Shown: piece by piece, positions 51,290 through 61,974 of the stretch
How the letters are laid out: the number at the start of each line of letters is the position of its first letter
Numbering within the stretch: position 1 is the first letter of the stretch
Source of the DNA: Negaprion brevirostris
Taxonomy: Eukaryota
Length of the DNA stretch: 61,974 nt
Direction: 5' to 3'
Assembly: GCA_030324005.1 (NCBI GenBank)
Contig: JARDVH010000031.1
Span: 77,054,566-77,116,539 of the forward strand
Notes under the pieces: model-generated
What the model saw: the letters and a program-made list of their open reading frames with translations, nothing else
Database searches by the model: none
Told to the model about the DNA's origin: nothing
Made by a program: the position numbers and the translations under genes

Positions 51290-51595
51290 TGTGTGGTAGC
51301 ACTTCACAGTGTAATGTGAGAAATGGAGCAGCCAGTTTACAGACCTTATAATCCCACAAGCAACAGTTGAATGAACAATTAAATTTTTAAATGTTGTTTG
51401 TTAAGTGTTAATGTCTGACCAAATAATGAGTTAATATCCTTTCTGATCTTTGAAACATGTTGTGGCATCTTTTGAGTCCACCCAAGAGGCAGATGGGATC
51501 GGGTGCTCTGCTTAACATCCAGAAGGCAATATAATGTAGCATGAGCTCAATGCTGTCAGTCTAGATTATATGTTCAAGTCTCTGGAGTGAGAGTG
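51290..51595 (-). mobile_element. DeuSINE relic
   Basis: gcagccagtttac...atcccacaagcaacag...tcaagtctctggagtg. Confidence 0.6.
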
Positions 51596-51842
51596 AAAGC
51601 TAAAATCACAGCATTGTTATTGTGAAGAATGAGACCATTCAGTCCATTGTGTCTGCTGCAGCTTTCCAAATGAGCATTATGACTTAGTGCTATTCCCCTC
51701 CCTTTTTCCCCATACACCTGCAAAAGTTGTTGCACAACATTTAGACTAGTATAAATAACATAACATAATGGAAATCTGTGCTGATATATAAACTGGAAAC
51801 ATATATCTGTTTATGTAAATAGTACCCTTCTAAATACATGGA

Positions 51843-52186
51843 GGGGATGTGGAGTAGTGCTGAAGCTATTGGAGTAGTAGTCCAGATGCTCAGACTAAAG
51901 GTTCAGATCCCATCGTGGCATCTATTGGAATTTAAATTCATTCAGTAGATTAAAATGTAAAGTCAGTCTCAATAATAGCAATCTTGTCATGAAAATCTAC
52001 CTGGTTTACTCATGCGCTTTATGGAAGGAAATCTGCTGTCCTTGCCTGATTTGCTCTACATGTGACTCCAGATCCACGGAAATGTGGTTAACCCTTAACT
52101 GCCTCTAGCAAACCACTCAGTTCAAGGATAAGCAGAGATATACAACTAATGCTAGCCTTACCAATGACACCCGCATCCCATGAAAA
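51843..52186 (+). mobile_element. tRNA-headed SINE, second family
   Basis: Same core and catcccatga tail as 3132-3462. Confidence 0.7.
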
Positions 52187-52339
52187 ATATCATACAACTG
52201 CTGGCAGTTTTGTTATAAGATTTTGTCTCTCAGCATGTTTGCTTTTAAGGGTTGCAGTGTATGTTGTTTTGTTTGGATATTAAGAAGGAAATTGATAGAT
52301 TTCCATACAAAAAAAACCTTGAATTGAATCAAAGCCACA

Positions 52340-52830
52340 GGTTTAGCAATAAGTTAATTATATTTGGTGATTTCAACTTTCCCAATATTAATTGGGGTGC
52401 ATACATAGTATTAAGGGCTTGGATGGAGTGGATTTCTTGAGATGTGTACAATAGAACCTTTTAGATCAATATATAGAGGGCCCAACGAAAGATGTTGCAA
52501 TGCTGGACCTAATTCTGGAACCGTTGAGGTGGTGGTGGCATTGCATTTATAGCAACCACAACATGGTACAATTTAAGCTTATTATGGACAAAGAAGTAGA
52601 CAAGTTACCAAAAAAATTTGAATTGGGTGAGAGTGTATTAATACAACAAGGCAGGATTTGGTAGACTGCAAAAAGCTACTTTTGGGGAAATCTACAGAAG
52701 AGCAATAGGGGTGTTTAAAAAGGAAATGGGCAGGATATAAACCCAATATGTTCTCTCCAGAGTAACACAAAGGAATAACAAACCCAGGGAACAATGGATG
52801 AGCAGAGGTATTCAGGATATGGTGATGAAA
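52340..52830 (+). mobile_element. CR1 LINE endonuclease fragment
   Basis: IIFGDFNFPNINW APE-endonuclease motif. Confidence 0.75.
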
Positions 52831-53456
52831 TTTTACCAGGGCCTATTCTGCACTCTGATTCTGTAGCAGTGTCATATTTGGGACCAGAAGAGGGACTGTT
52901 ATGTTAAGGTGGGAACGTGTGCAGCATTTGTACTAGCTTGAGGAAGGTGTTAACTGGGTCTGGTTGATCCAATGTTTTGACCACTGTTTCCAACCTACAC
53001 AAGTGGTCTGTTTACCCCAAATAATGTGTAAATCCATCACAATGCTGACAAGACTAATACAGGGGAGAGTATTAGAGATGAGGTGCAGCTGAGATTTTCA
53101 GAAGAATTCAGATTGGTTCAGCAATTAAATATAAAATTAAAATTCTGCAGTGATGAATGTAAAGTTACTAAATTGAAAAAAGGGCCATAAATGAACAGTG
53201 ATTGAAAGTAAATGCAGAGAGCTAGAGAAATATACATGATTAATAGCAGAAAGATTATTCTGTCTAGAAGAGGTTTTGAATTAATTTAAAATCTAATCAA
53301 ATGTCAAAAAATACAATTCCATATGAATTATGTTGGTACTTTATAGGGCATTGCACAAACATATTTATTGTATCATGTTTTGTCACATGAGCACAGACCA
53401 GCTATGCATGCACCATAAATGTTACTACTGGAGGGATCAAGAAAAGCAACAAGACT

Positions 53457-54010
53457 TTTTTTAAATTCATTATGGGATGCGGTTATTGCTGGTTAGACCA
53501 ATATTTATTGCCCGTTTCAAGTTGCCTTTGAGAAGGTGGTGGTGAGCTGCCACCTTGAAACCGCTAAATGTTTCTGAGGTGCAGGTGCACAGGAGTGCTG
53601 TTAGGGAGGGAGTTCCAGGATTTTGCCCTACTGACAGTGAAGAAATAGTGATATATTTTCAAGAAGGATGGTGAGTGATTTGGAGGTGAACCTCCAGGTG
53701 GTGGTATTCCGCGGTATCTGCTACTCTTGTCTTTCTGTATATTAGGGGTCATGGGTTTGGGAGGTGCTACCTAAGGAACCTTGGTGAGTTCCTGCAGTGC
53801 ATCTTGTAGATGGTAACCATGTCTGCCACTGTTCGGTGGTGGGGGGGAATTGAATATTTGTGGAAGGCATAGCAATCAAGTGGGGCTGCTTTATTCTGTG
53901 TTGTGGCAAGCTTCTCGAGTATTGTTGGACTTCTACTTATCCGGGTAAATGGAGAGTATTCAGTTACATTCTTGACTTGTGCATTGTAGATGGTGGACAG
54001 GCACACTGAA
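53457..54010 (-). mobile_element. LINE 3' fragment (CR1/L2 group) sharing its tail with the second SINE family
   Basis: Minus-strand IYNAQV...EYSP...Q.KAA RT C-terminal relic and catcccataatgaat tail. Confidence 0.7.
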
Positions 54011-55169
54011 CATTGTTTAGGCATCAGCGAACACCTCACTTCTGACCCAACTAATTATTCCAAATGTGTATTCTGGAAGAATTATGAGAAATGGAAAAGT
54101 TTAAGATTTCCAAGTAGAACAAAAATAACTAAGGAGAGACCTTGTCAAAGTACAATATTTAAATTTTTAGAAGTAAGCTTGGATTACTATTTTGAAATAA
54201 ACCCTTAAAGTAAGACCAGGAGGATATAAATGGGAACTATGAAAAATAAATATCTCACAGAATTTTGTGAGTTGGAATGATTTGCCAGCAGAATAGTAGC
54301 CACAAAAATATTTGGGTCATTCAAGCTGCAGAGATATCCTGAGGTCATTTTTAAGGTACTGGAGGATTAGACTTCAATAGCTATATTTGTCCTCGACTTT
54401 CCTGAACTATTTATTATTTTCGTTCTCACTCCTCTCCATCAATCTTTGTTCCTTCTCTTCCTGAAGTTATTGCATTCTTGAGATACAGTCCCTGGTTGTA
54501 TTTCACTACTTCACTCAAGTGGCTGTTATTGTAAGCTTTAACTGCAGAATGTCTGCATGCTATTCATTTGTCAGGGGCACTGTAGCCAGTGTCAGTCCTG
54601 TCCCCCCTCGATATTATGTGAGAGGGAGAGAGAGAGATGAGTTGCTGAAACCTTTCGTTTTGTACTCATCAGAACACTTACATGCCAAATTTCAAACTAT
54701 TGCAATTTATATGACAGGAGAAAAGGGTGTTGATTAGTGGGCAAATTGACTCTGGCCAAGGCCAGAGAAAGCAATGGAAACTATAGGCTCCCCAAGCTCC
54801 TGGAGAACCTTTATTAAAAAAGGTGAAAAGCTGAGACGTATTTGTAAAGAATAAGCCTCTGATTATGAATGTGTCTCTCTTGTCACAAGCCATGTTACAA
54901 GCTCCACTGATTATGTTAAATTGTCAATTGCAAAATTACATCTAGCAGTAAATGGTTTTTATTTGGATTTTACAAGCTTGAGCTGGTTGAGTACGATCTG
55001 TTGCGAACAACCAAAAGTTCATGCCATTTGATTGGATCAGCCCATCACTAGAATATAATGGCCAATATATCTGGGTTCAAAACAGCTCTGAAATTCATAC
55101 ATGACATTACTCAATTGTGGGATCGGCAGAATATTGTTTTGAACTGCAGGCAGTTCCAGACAGTGGAAA

Positions 55170-55430
55170 ATACAAAGAACAACCCAGCACGGGAAACAGG
55201 CCCTTCGGCCCAACGAGCCCACGCCGCCGCATCCTCCTACCTACCCTACCCTACCCTGTGTGTATGTGAGTGGATCCCCTAATTTGGCCAGATTCAGGGG
55301 AGAATAGTGTCAATTTGGTACACCAATCAGCCTAAGAGCACGTCTTTGGGGTGTGGGAGGAAACCGGAGCGCCCGGAGAAAACCCACGCAACCACAGGGA
55401 GAATGCGCAAACTCCCACAGACACAGGCCC
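55170..55430 (-). mobile_element. V-SINE
   Basis: Reverse-complement V-domain tgtgggaggaaaccggagcgcccggagaaaacccacgca. Confidence 0.8.
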
Positions 55431-56110
55431 AAATCCATGTATCTGCACAGCTAGCANNNNNNNNNNNNNNNNNNNNNNNNNNNNNNNNNNNNNNNNNNNN
55501 NNNNNNNNNNNNNNNNNNNNNNNNNNNNNNNNNNNNNNNNNNNNNNNNNNNNNNNNAACATGAACCAGCTTGCTTAATCTACTGTTCAAATTTTTGAGAT
55601 ACTTTGCCTTTCCGGATTAATTTCAGGACCAAAAGTTTTTTTTTTGGCCCACTTGCAAGTTTGCACAATATACAGCAAACAGCGATCCAATCGGGATAGC
55701 CGTTGTCTTGCAGAAAAGCTTTCATGCGCTTTTGTGAGATCACTGTGAAGATGAAAGTTGAAAATTTATTTTGCTTGAGTTACATTTCAAACTTGGGGTC
55801 TATCTATCTTTAATCCTGTGTATGGTAAAGGTATTTTCATTTTATTAAAAATTCTTGAATTATATATTTTGGTTGGAAAAATCTGTAACACTTAAAAAAA
55901 AAAAATTGAAGCTTGTATATTAATGCTGTACTAAAATCTGTGCTGGGAGTACGGCTGTCTGGTGTCATATCCTTTAACTGGCTAGTCAAGCGAAAGGCGC
56001 AGTTCCAGTAGTAATGTAATTCTCATGTACTACAACTTTTTGACCAAATGGCATGGACACTTTTGGCAGATGTCAGGAATGATATTTTTTCCTTTTTTTG
56101 TCCCTTGCAG

Positions 56111-56301
56111 TTCCCATTGACCATTCAGATTTGGTTGCTGACCTTCTGAAAGAACTTTCCAACCACAATGAGCGAGTTGAAGAGCGGAAGGCAGCACTGC
56201 TGGAACTCTTAAAAATAACCAGAGAGGACACTCTGGGGGTGTGGGATGAGCACTTCAAGACTATTCTGCTTTTGCTTCTAGAAACTCTAGGGGACAAGGA
56301 T
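56111..56301 (+). CDS. CLASP1: CLASP1 exon, (V)PIDHSDLVADLLKELSNHNERVEERK...LETLGDKD (CLIP-interacting domain)
   Basis: cccttgcag acceptor, GTAAGT donor, 191 nt, phase 1-0. Confidence 0.98.
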
Positions 56302-56589
56302 GTAAGTAATTCTTCACGCCCCATGGTGGGTGAAAATCCTGCCTTCTCCTAAGGAGCGAAATGGTATTTTACAACATTGGAGTGTGTTCAGAAAACAACT
56401 GTGTAGCTTGTTCAAAATAAGTTGAGACTTCCAGTTTGCTGGGATCAGACTAAACCAGCCAACCTGTTTTATTTAATATGGAGTCTCTTGAGCTTGTGGA
56501 TAAAATGTTTCTCCAGGACATCCAAATTGTTTAACCTTGGGTCAGTTCAAGATGGACTGCAGACAAATAACGTAAAATACTAAAGTGAA

Positions 56590-57630
56590 ATACTCCAGAT
56601 GCTAGAAGACAAAAATAGAAGATGCTGGAAATACTTAGCAAGTCTGTGGAGAAAGAAACCAAGTGCATGTTTCAAATGGATGAACTTTTATCAGAACTAG
56701 GAAAAGTTATATTTAAGCTAGTGAAATCTTGGGGCAGGGGTATCTCTTCTAACAAAGTGGAAGGCAGGAGTGATTAAATGACCATTTTGTTAATGGTGCA
56801 ATGCCAAAGGGAGAGATAATGAGGATAAGGAAAGAAACAAAACATATTGAGAGAAGGTGTGAATGGCAGGGTCAAGGATATCTGTTGCCTGAAAGGAAAC
56901 AGAGGGAAACAAGAGAAAGACCAAAACTAGCAAATCAAAAGGAAATATCACAGGTTGCCATCTAAAATTGTAGAACTCAATGAGTCTGGAAAATGCCCTG
57001 TGGAAAGTTGAAGTGCGGTTCCTCTAGCTTACGTTGAACTTTTTCGGAACAGTTTAGGAGTCCGAAGACAAAGATCAGAATGGAAGGAATGTGTATAGTT
57101 AAAATGGGAGATTACTGCAAGCTTGGGGTCGTATTCTGCAAAATGACCACCCAATCTGCATTTGATCTCCTCTGTGTACTCAATGCAGAACGGACTACAT
57201 CTTGAGCAATGAATACAGAATATTTAAATTGAAGGAAGTACAAGTAAATTGCTCTTTGATCTGGAATGTGTGTTTGGGACCTGGTATAGTAAGAAGGAAG
57301 GAGGAATTCCTTCACTTGCATGTGTGAAGGGGAGAGGGTGTTGACAATGACTGGGGAATGGACAAGGGTATCACAAGGCTTTTGGAAATGATAACAGGGA
57401 AGGGAAGAGGAAGAGAGCATCGTGATGGCATCATGCTGGAAGTGGGAGACATGGCAGAGGATGATCTATTGAATATGGCAGTTGGTTGGGTGGAAGATGA
57501 GGACAAGTGGAACCCTAGCATGGGGAGGACAAGGGGGTGAAAGGAGAAGTGCATGAAATGGATCAAGGACTCTGTCAACCAAGTGGGGTGGGTAGGAGTG
57601 GAATTCTCAGGTGAGGAAAAAGGAAAATCA
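56590..57630 (-). mobile_element. Penelope-like retroelement relic with GIY-YIG region
   Basis: Frameshifted minus-strand RVPLVLIFHP...GPKHTFQIKEQFTCTS...CIHCSRC...RLGGHFAE, followed by the terminal repeat. Confidence 0.75.
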
Positions 57631-58270
57631 ATTAGAAGCATGATTATGGAAATTTTGAATATTTTGACATTTTCACTGTTAACAGTTCTGCACCTATTCA
57701 AGCAATTTGAAACACAGAGCAAGTGATTAAAACAAGTCAGAAGGGTATTGAACAGGACAGGAGGGGTGACATTGACCTTGAGAATCATTTTCATAAGATT
57801 TAAATTTATTGTGATGGCTAATCCATTCACAACCTGGCTTAAACAAACTTAATGTTAGTGTATCGCATGAAATAATTAGATCTGACCTCGTTCTAAGTCC
57901 TTTTTGGAATGGGATGCATATTGTTCATGTTGTAGAAAACTATAAATCCAGTTTGTGACTTGATGTGCAGGTAGTCTGTTACAAGGAAAATGTTACTTTT
58001 GAGTGTTCATGCATTTACAGTTAGCAAGCATGTAATAAAACCACAACTGCTCACAAGGAGAAAATTTCCTAAGTGTGTTAATCCCTGACATCCCTGCCAG
58101 ATACAAGTTTCAGAAGATTATTCTTTGACCTCTTGTGAATGTTGCATGGTGGTGTTGGTGACCGTAAATGTTGACGTGAATTGTAACTCATTCTCTGGAA
58201 AAGAATTATATGAAAATATAACAATTCATAAATGTATTTACAAATCAATTCTTCTCATCCCCACCCCCAG

Positions 58271-58399
58271 CACTCCATTAGAGCATTAGCCTTAAGAGTT
58301 CTACGAGAAATTCTGCGCAACCAACCAGCAAGGTTTAAAAATTACGCAGAACTAACCATTATGAAAACACTAGAAGCACACAAAGATTCCCACAAAGAG
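58271..58399 (+). CDS. CLASP1: CLASP1 exon, HSIRALALRVLREILRNQPARFKNYAELTIMKTLEAHKDSHKE
   Basis: cacccccag acceptor, GTGAGT donor, 129 nt, phase 0-0. Matches human CLASP1 as I recall it. Confidence 0.98.
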
Positions 58400-60177
58400 G
58401 TGAGTTAAGTTTCAGTATTACTCAGTAACTTAAATTCTTATCTATAAGCTCCTTCCAATTAATTTTCATTTAATTTATTTTTCAAAGTGATAATAAACAT
58501 CCTTCAGCAAATTAAACACATCCCAGTCAATTAGTGAGGTACCGTTTGGTATCTGACAAATTAAGAAATTACTGATTGATGACATTTCATGCATCTTTTT
58601 TCAATGTAATATATTTTCAGTGGGACTTGAATTGGATGTTTCAGGTCATATTGTCATAGAAGTTTGAGCAAAATGATACTAGAGGTATTGTAACAGCCTA
58701 AACAAAAGGGAAGACCATTCATTCCTCTTCACCATCAGGGTGTTGTGACAGCAGTACGCACTGTTTCTCAACTCTCCAATATGAATTTAACAGGCAAACT
58801 AGTCGAACACACCTCAATGCACATTCAGTGATGGATGCGACCAAGCAAATCCCACAAGTTTCCTAGCATCTCATTTGGATGACAGTGACCATTGAGAGTC
58901 ACAAAATCCCAGTAAACCCATCTCGCTTATGAAAAATGTCAACTCTTAAGCCACTCCAATTCGATTGCTGATCTCCAAATAAAGCAAAGAAAATTACAGC
59001 ACAGGAACAGGCCCTTCATCCCTCCAAGCCTGCGCAGACCATGCTGCCTGATTTGACTTTACCCTTCTGGGGTCCATAATCTCTTTGTTCCCTTCCTATT
59101 CGTGTATTTGTCCAGACATCCCTTTAAAAGTCACTATCGTATCTACTTCCACTACCTCCCTGGCACCCAACACCTATGTATAAAAAAAAACTTGCCTCGT
59201 GCATCCCCTTTAGACCTTCCCTTGTCCCTTGCATCTTAAACCTGTGCCCCTAGTAATTGACTCTTCCACCCTGAGAAAAAGCTTCTGACTATCCACTCTG
59301 TCCATGCCCCTCATAATGTTGTAGACTTCTATCAAGTCGCCCCTTAACCTCCATCGTTCCAATTAGAACAAACCAAATTTCTCCAACCTCTCCTCATAGC
59401 TAATGCTCTCCATACCAGACAACATCCTGGTAAATCTTTTCTGTACCTTCTCCAAAGCTTCCACATCCAGCTGGTAGTGTGGTGACCAGAATTGAACACT
59501 ATATTCCAAATGCAGCCTAACTAAGGTTCTATAAGACTGCAACATGACTTGCCAATTTTTAAACTCAATACCTCAGCCGATCAAGGAAAGCATGCTGACT
59601 GCCTTCTTGACTACTCTGTCTTCTCCACCTGCGTTGCCACTTGCCGTGACCTGTGCACCTGTACACACACATCCCTCTGCCTATCAATGCTCTTAACGAT
59701 TCTGCCATTTACTGTATATTTCCCATCTGTATTAGACCTTCCAAAATGCATTACCTCACATTTGTCCGGATTGAATTCCATCTGCCATCTCTCTGCCCAN
59801 NNNNNNNNNNNNNNNNNNNNNNNNNNNNNNNNNNNNNNNNNNNNNNNNNNNNNNNNNNNNNNNNNNNNNNNNNNNNNNNNNNNNNNNNNNNNNNNAACCA
59901 GTTATGTTTTCCTCCAAATCGTTTATATTACAAACAGCAAAAGTCCCATCACTGATCCCTGAGGAAGGCTACTTGTTACAGCCTCCATTCAGAAACGCAC
60001 CCTTCCACTACTACCCTCTATCTTCTATGACCCAGCCAGTTTTGTATCCATTTCACCAGCACACCTCTGATCCCGTGCAAATTCACCTTCTGTACCAGTC
60101 TCCTATGAAGGACCTTGTAAAAAGGCCTTACTGAAGTCCATATAGACAACATCCATTGCCCTACTCTCAAGATTTTC

Positions 60178-60520
60178 GCCACAGTAGCAGAGTGGTTAGC
60201 ACTGCTGCTTCACAGCTCCAGGGACCTGGGTTCGATTCCTGGCTTGAGTCACTGAAATGTGTGGAGTTTGCACATTCTCCACATGTCTGTGTGGGTTTCC
60301 TCTGGGTGCTCTGGTTTCCTCCCATAGTCCAAATATGTGCAGGTTAGGTTGATTGGCCATGCTAAAATTGCCCCTTAGTGTCCTGAGCTGCAAAGGTTTG
60401 AGAGATTAGCGGGTAAAATATGTAGGGATATGAGGATAAGGCCTGGGTGGGATTGTGGTCGGTGCAGACTCGATGGGCCGAATAGTCTCTTTCTGCACCG
60501 TAGGATTCTATGATTCTATG
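60178..60520 (+). mobile_element. HE1-type V-SINE nested in CR1
   Basis: Head, V-domain, tail and (attctatg)n end. Confidence 0.9.
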
Positions 60521-60745
60521 AAGTTAGAGACATGACCTCTCCTTCAAAACCATGTTGCCTCACGCTAATACATCCACTTATTTCCAAGTGGGAGTAAATC
60601 CTGTTTCGAACAATCCTCTTTAATAATTTCCTTACCACTGACGTAAGGCTCATCAGACTGTAATTACCTGGATTATCCTTGCTACCCTTCTTAAACAAAG
60701 GAAGAACATTGATTATTCACCAATCCTCTGGGACCTCCTCTGTAA

Positions 60746-60846
60746 GAAGTCTCTCAGCACTAGGTTAAAGTCCAACAGGTTTATTTGGTAGCAAATGCCA
60801 CTAACTTTCGGAACGCTGCTCCTTCGTCAGTTGAATGGGAGTTCTG
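60746..60846 (-). mobile_element. Penelope-like fragment with hammerhead core, nested in CR1
   Basis: Minus strand CTGACGA-A-GGAGC-AGC-GTTCC-GAAA-GTTAGTGG. Confidence 0.7.
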
Positions 60847-61619
60847 AACTCTCCAGGCCCCAGCAATTTCCTCCCTTACCCCTCTCGATATTCTGGGGTA
60901 TATCCCATCAGGCCCTGGGGACTTGTCTCCCTAATGTTTCTCAAGACCCCCAATACCACCACCTCTTTGATCTTGATGTGAACCAAGCTATCAACACTCC
61001 CTTCCCCAGACTCATCATCCACCAAACCCTTCTCTTTTCTGAACACTGACGCCAAGTATTCATTTAATACCTTGCCCATTTCCTCTGGCTCCATGCATAG
61101 ATTCCCTCAACTGTCCTTGAGTGGGCCAATCCTCTCCCTGGCTACCCTCTTGCCCATTATATAAGTATAAAAAGCCTTGGGATTTTCCTTAATCTTGCTG
61201 GCCAATGACTTTTTGTGACCTCTTTTAGCCCTCATGACTCCCTGCTTAAGTTTCTTTCTACTTTCCTTGTATTCCTCACTTGCTTCATCTGTTCCCAGCC
61301 TCCCAGCCTTGACAAGTGCTTCCTTTTTGCTTTTTGAGTAGGCTCACAATATCTCTCGTTATCCAAGGTTCCCGAAACTTGCCATATATATCTGTCAGCC
61401 TTACAGGAATGTGCCAGTTCTGAACTCCTATCAACTTACACTTTGAAAGCCTCCCACATGCCAGATGTTGATTTGTCCTCAAACATCTGTCCCCAACCTA
61501 CATTCATTAGTTCCTGCCTAATGTTGTAATTAGCCTTCACCCAATTTAGCACCTTCACTTGAGGATTACACTCATCTTTATCCCTCAGTACCTGAAGTGA
61601 ATTCCTATGAATTAGGGAA

Positions 61620-61840
61620 GGAGGTTGAAATCCATACTAATCCCCCTAACACTAAGGGACAATTTAGCATGGCCAATCAACCTAACCCATACATCTTTAG
61701 AGTGTGGGAGGAAATTGGAGCACCTGGAGGAAACCCACGCAGACACAGGGAGAACATGCAAACTCCACACAGACAGTGACCCAAGGAATTGAACCCAGGT
61801 CCCTGGCGCTGTGAGGCCAACCACTGTGCCACCGTGTAGC
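61620..61840 (-). mobile_element. HE1-type V-SINE
   Basis: Reverse-complement head and V-domain. Confidence 0.85.
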
Positions 61841-61974
61841 CCAAGTTATTCTTATGACCAAGCAGTAAGACATTAATTTACACTGCAGCACCCTGGAAGC
61901 CCCCTATATGCTATATAGTGTAGTATTCAGTAAGTGTCCTAAAAGAGGTAAAGGAAACAATGGACTTGTAAAGT

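Larger units (their letters stand above)
58990..61595 (-). mobile_element. CR1/HER1-like LINE ORF2 with nested insertions
   Basis: Minus-strand ORF pieces EEMGKVLNEYLASVF, FKKGSKDNPGNY, LVRLHLEYSVQFWSPHY. Confidence 0.9.

Noticed and set aside
55967-55975. ATATCCTTT resembling a U12 5' splice site (also near 51434)
   Set aside because: No exon ends there, all traced introns are GT-AG, and a 9-mer like this is expected by chance in 62 kb of AT-rich DNA.
56073-56324. Antisense ORFs over exons (also 34814-35002 and 44844-45029)
   Set aside because: They are shadows of the + strand CLASP1 coding exons.
7452-58399. Calling the locus a pseudogene or CLASP2
   Set aside because: There is only one lesion, all splice sites and downstream exons are conserved, and most diagnostic residues and exons are CLASP1.
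1-61974. U4atac snRNA, which human CLASP1 hosts in intron 2
   Set aside because: The window covers the 3' half of the gene and I saw no U4atac-like sequence.
1-61974. CRISPR arrays, operons or other prokaryotic systems
   Set aside because: No repeat-spacer arrays or long intronless ORFs; the sequence is intron-rich vertebrate DNA.

Overview
Vertebrate genomic DNA, almost certainly from a shark: it carries elasmobranch HE1-type V-SINEs, CR1/HER1-like LINEs, DeuSINE relics and Penelope-like relics, in a gappy short-read-style assembly. The whole window lies inside one + strand gene, CLASP1 (CLIP-associating protein 1). It runs from the S/R-rich linker through TOG3 into the C-terminal CLIP-interacting domain, and both gene ends are outside the window. 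I traced 17 frame-compatible GT-AG exons by hand. They include a 3-nt microexon (AGA, one Arg), a 24-nt microexon with an upstream UGC motif, 63-nt and 117-nt cassette exons, and a 96-nt exon inside TOG3 that is absent from the canonical human protein. One conserved exon has an in-frame TAG at 45040-45042 where orthologues have Tyr. The introns also hold a ~285-bp element headed by the first 39 nt of U2 snRNA (candidate snRNA-headed SINE), minimal hammerhead-ribozyme relics, a tRNA-Asp pseudogene, Harbinger-type MITEs and a 57-bp inverted repeat. Most entries in the ORF track are spurious. All homology calls are from memory, not database searches, and repeat boundaries are approximate.
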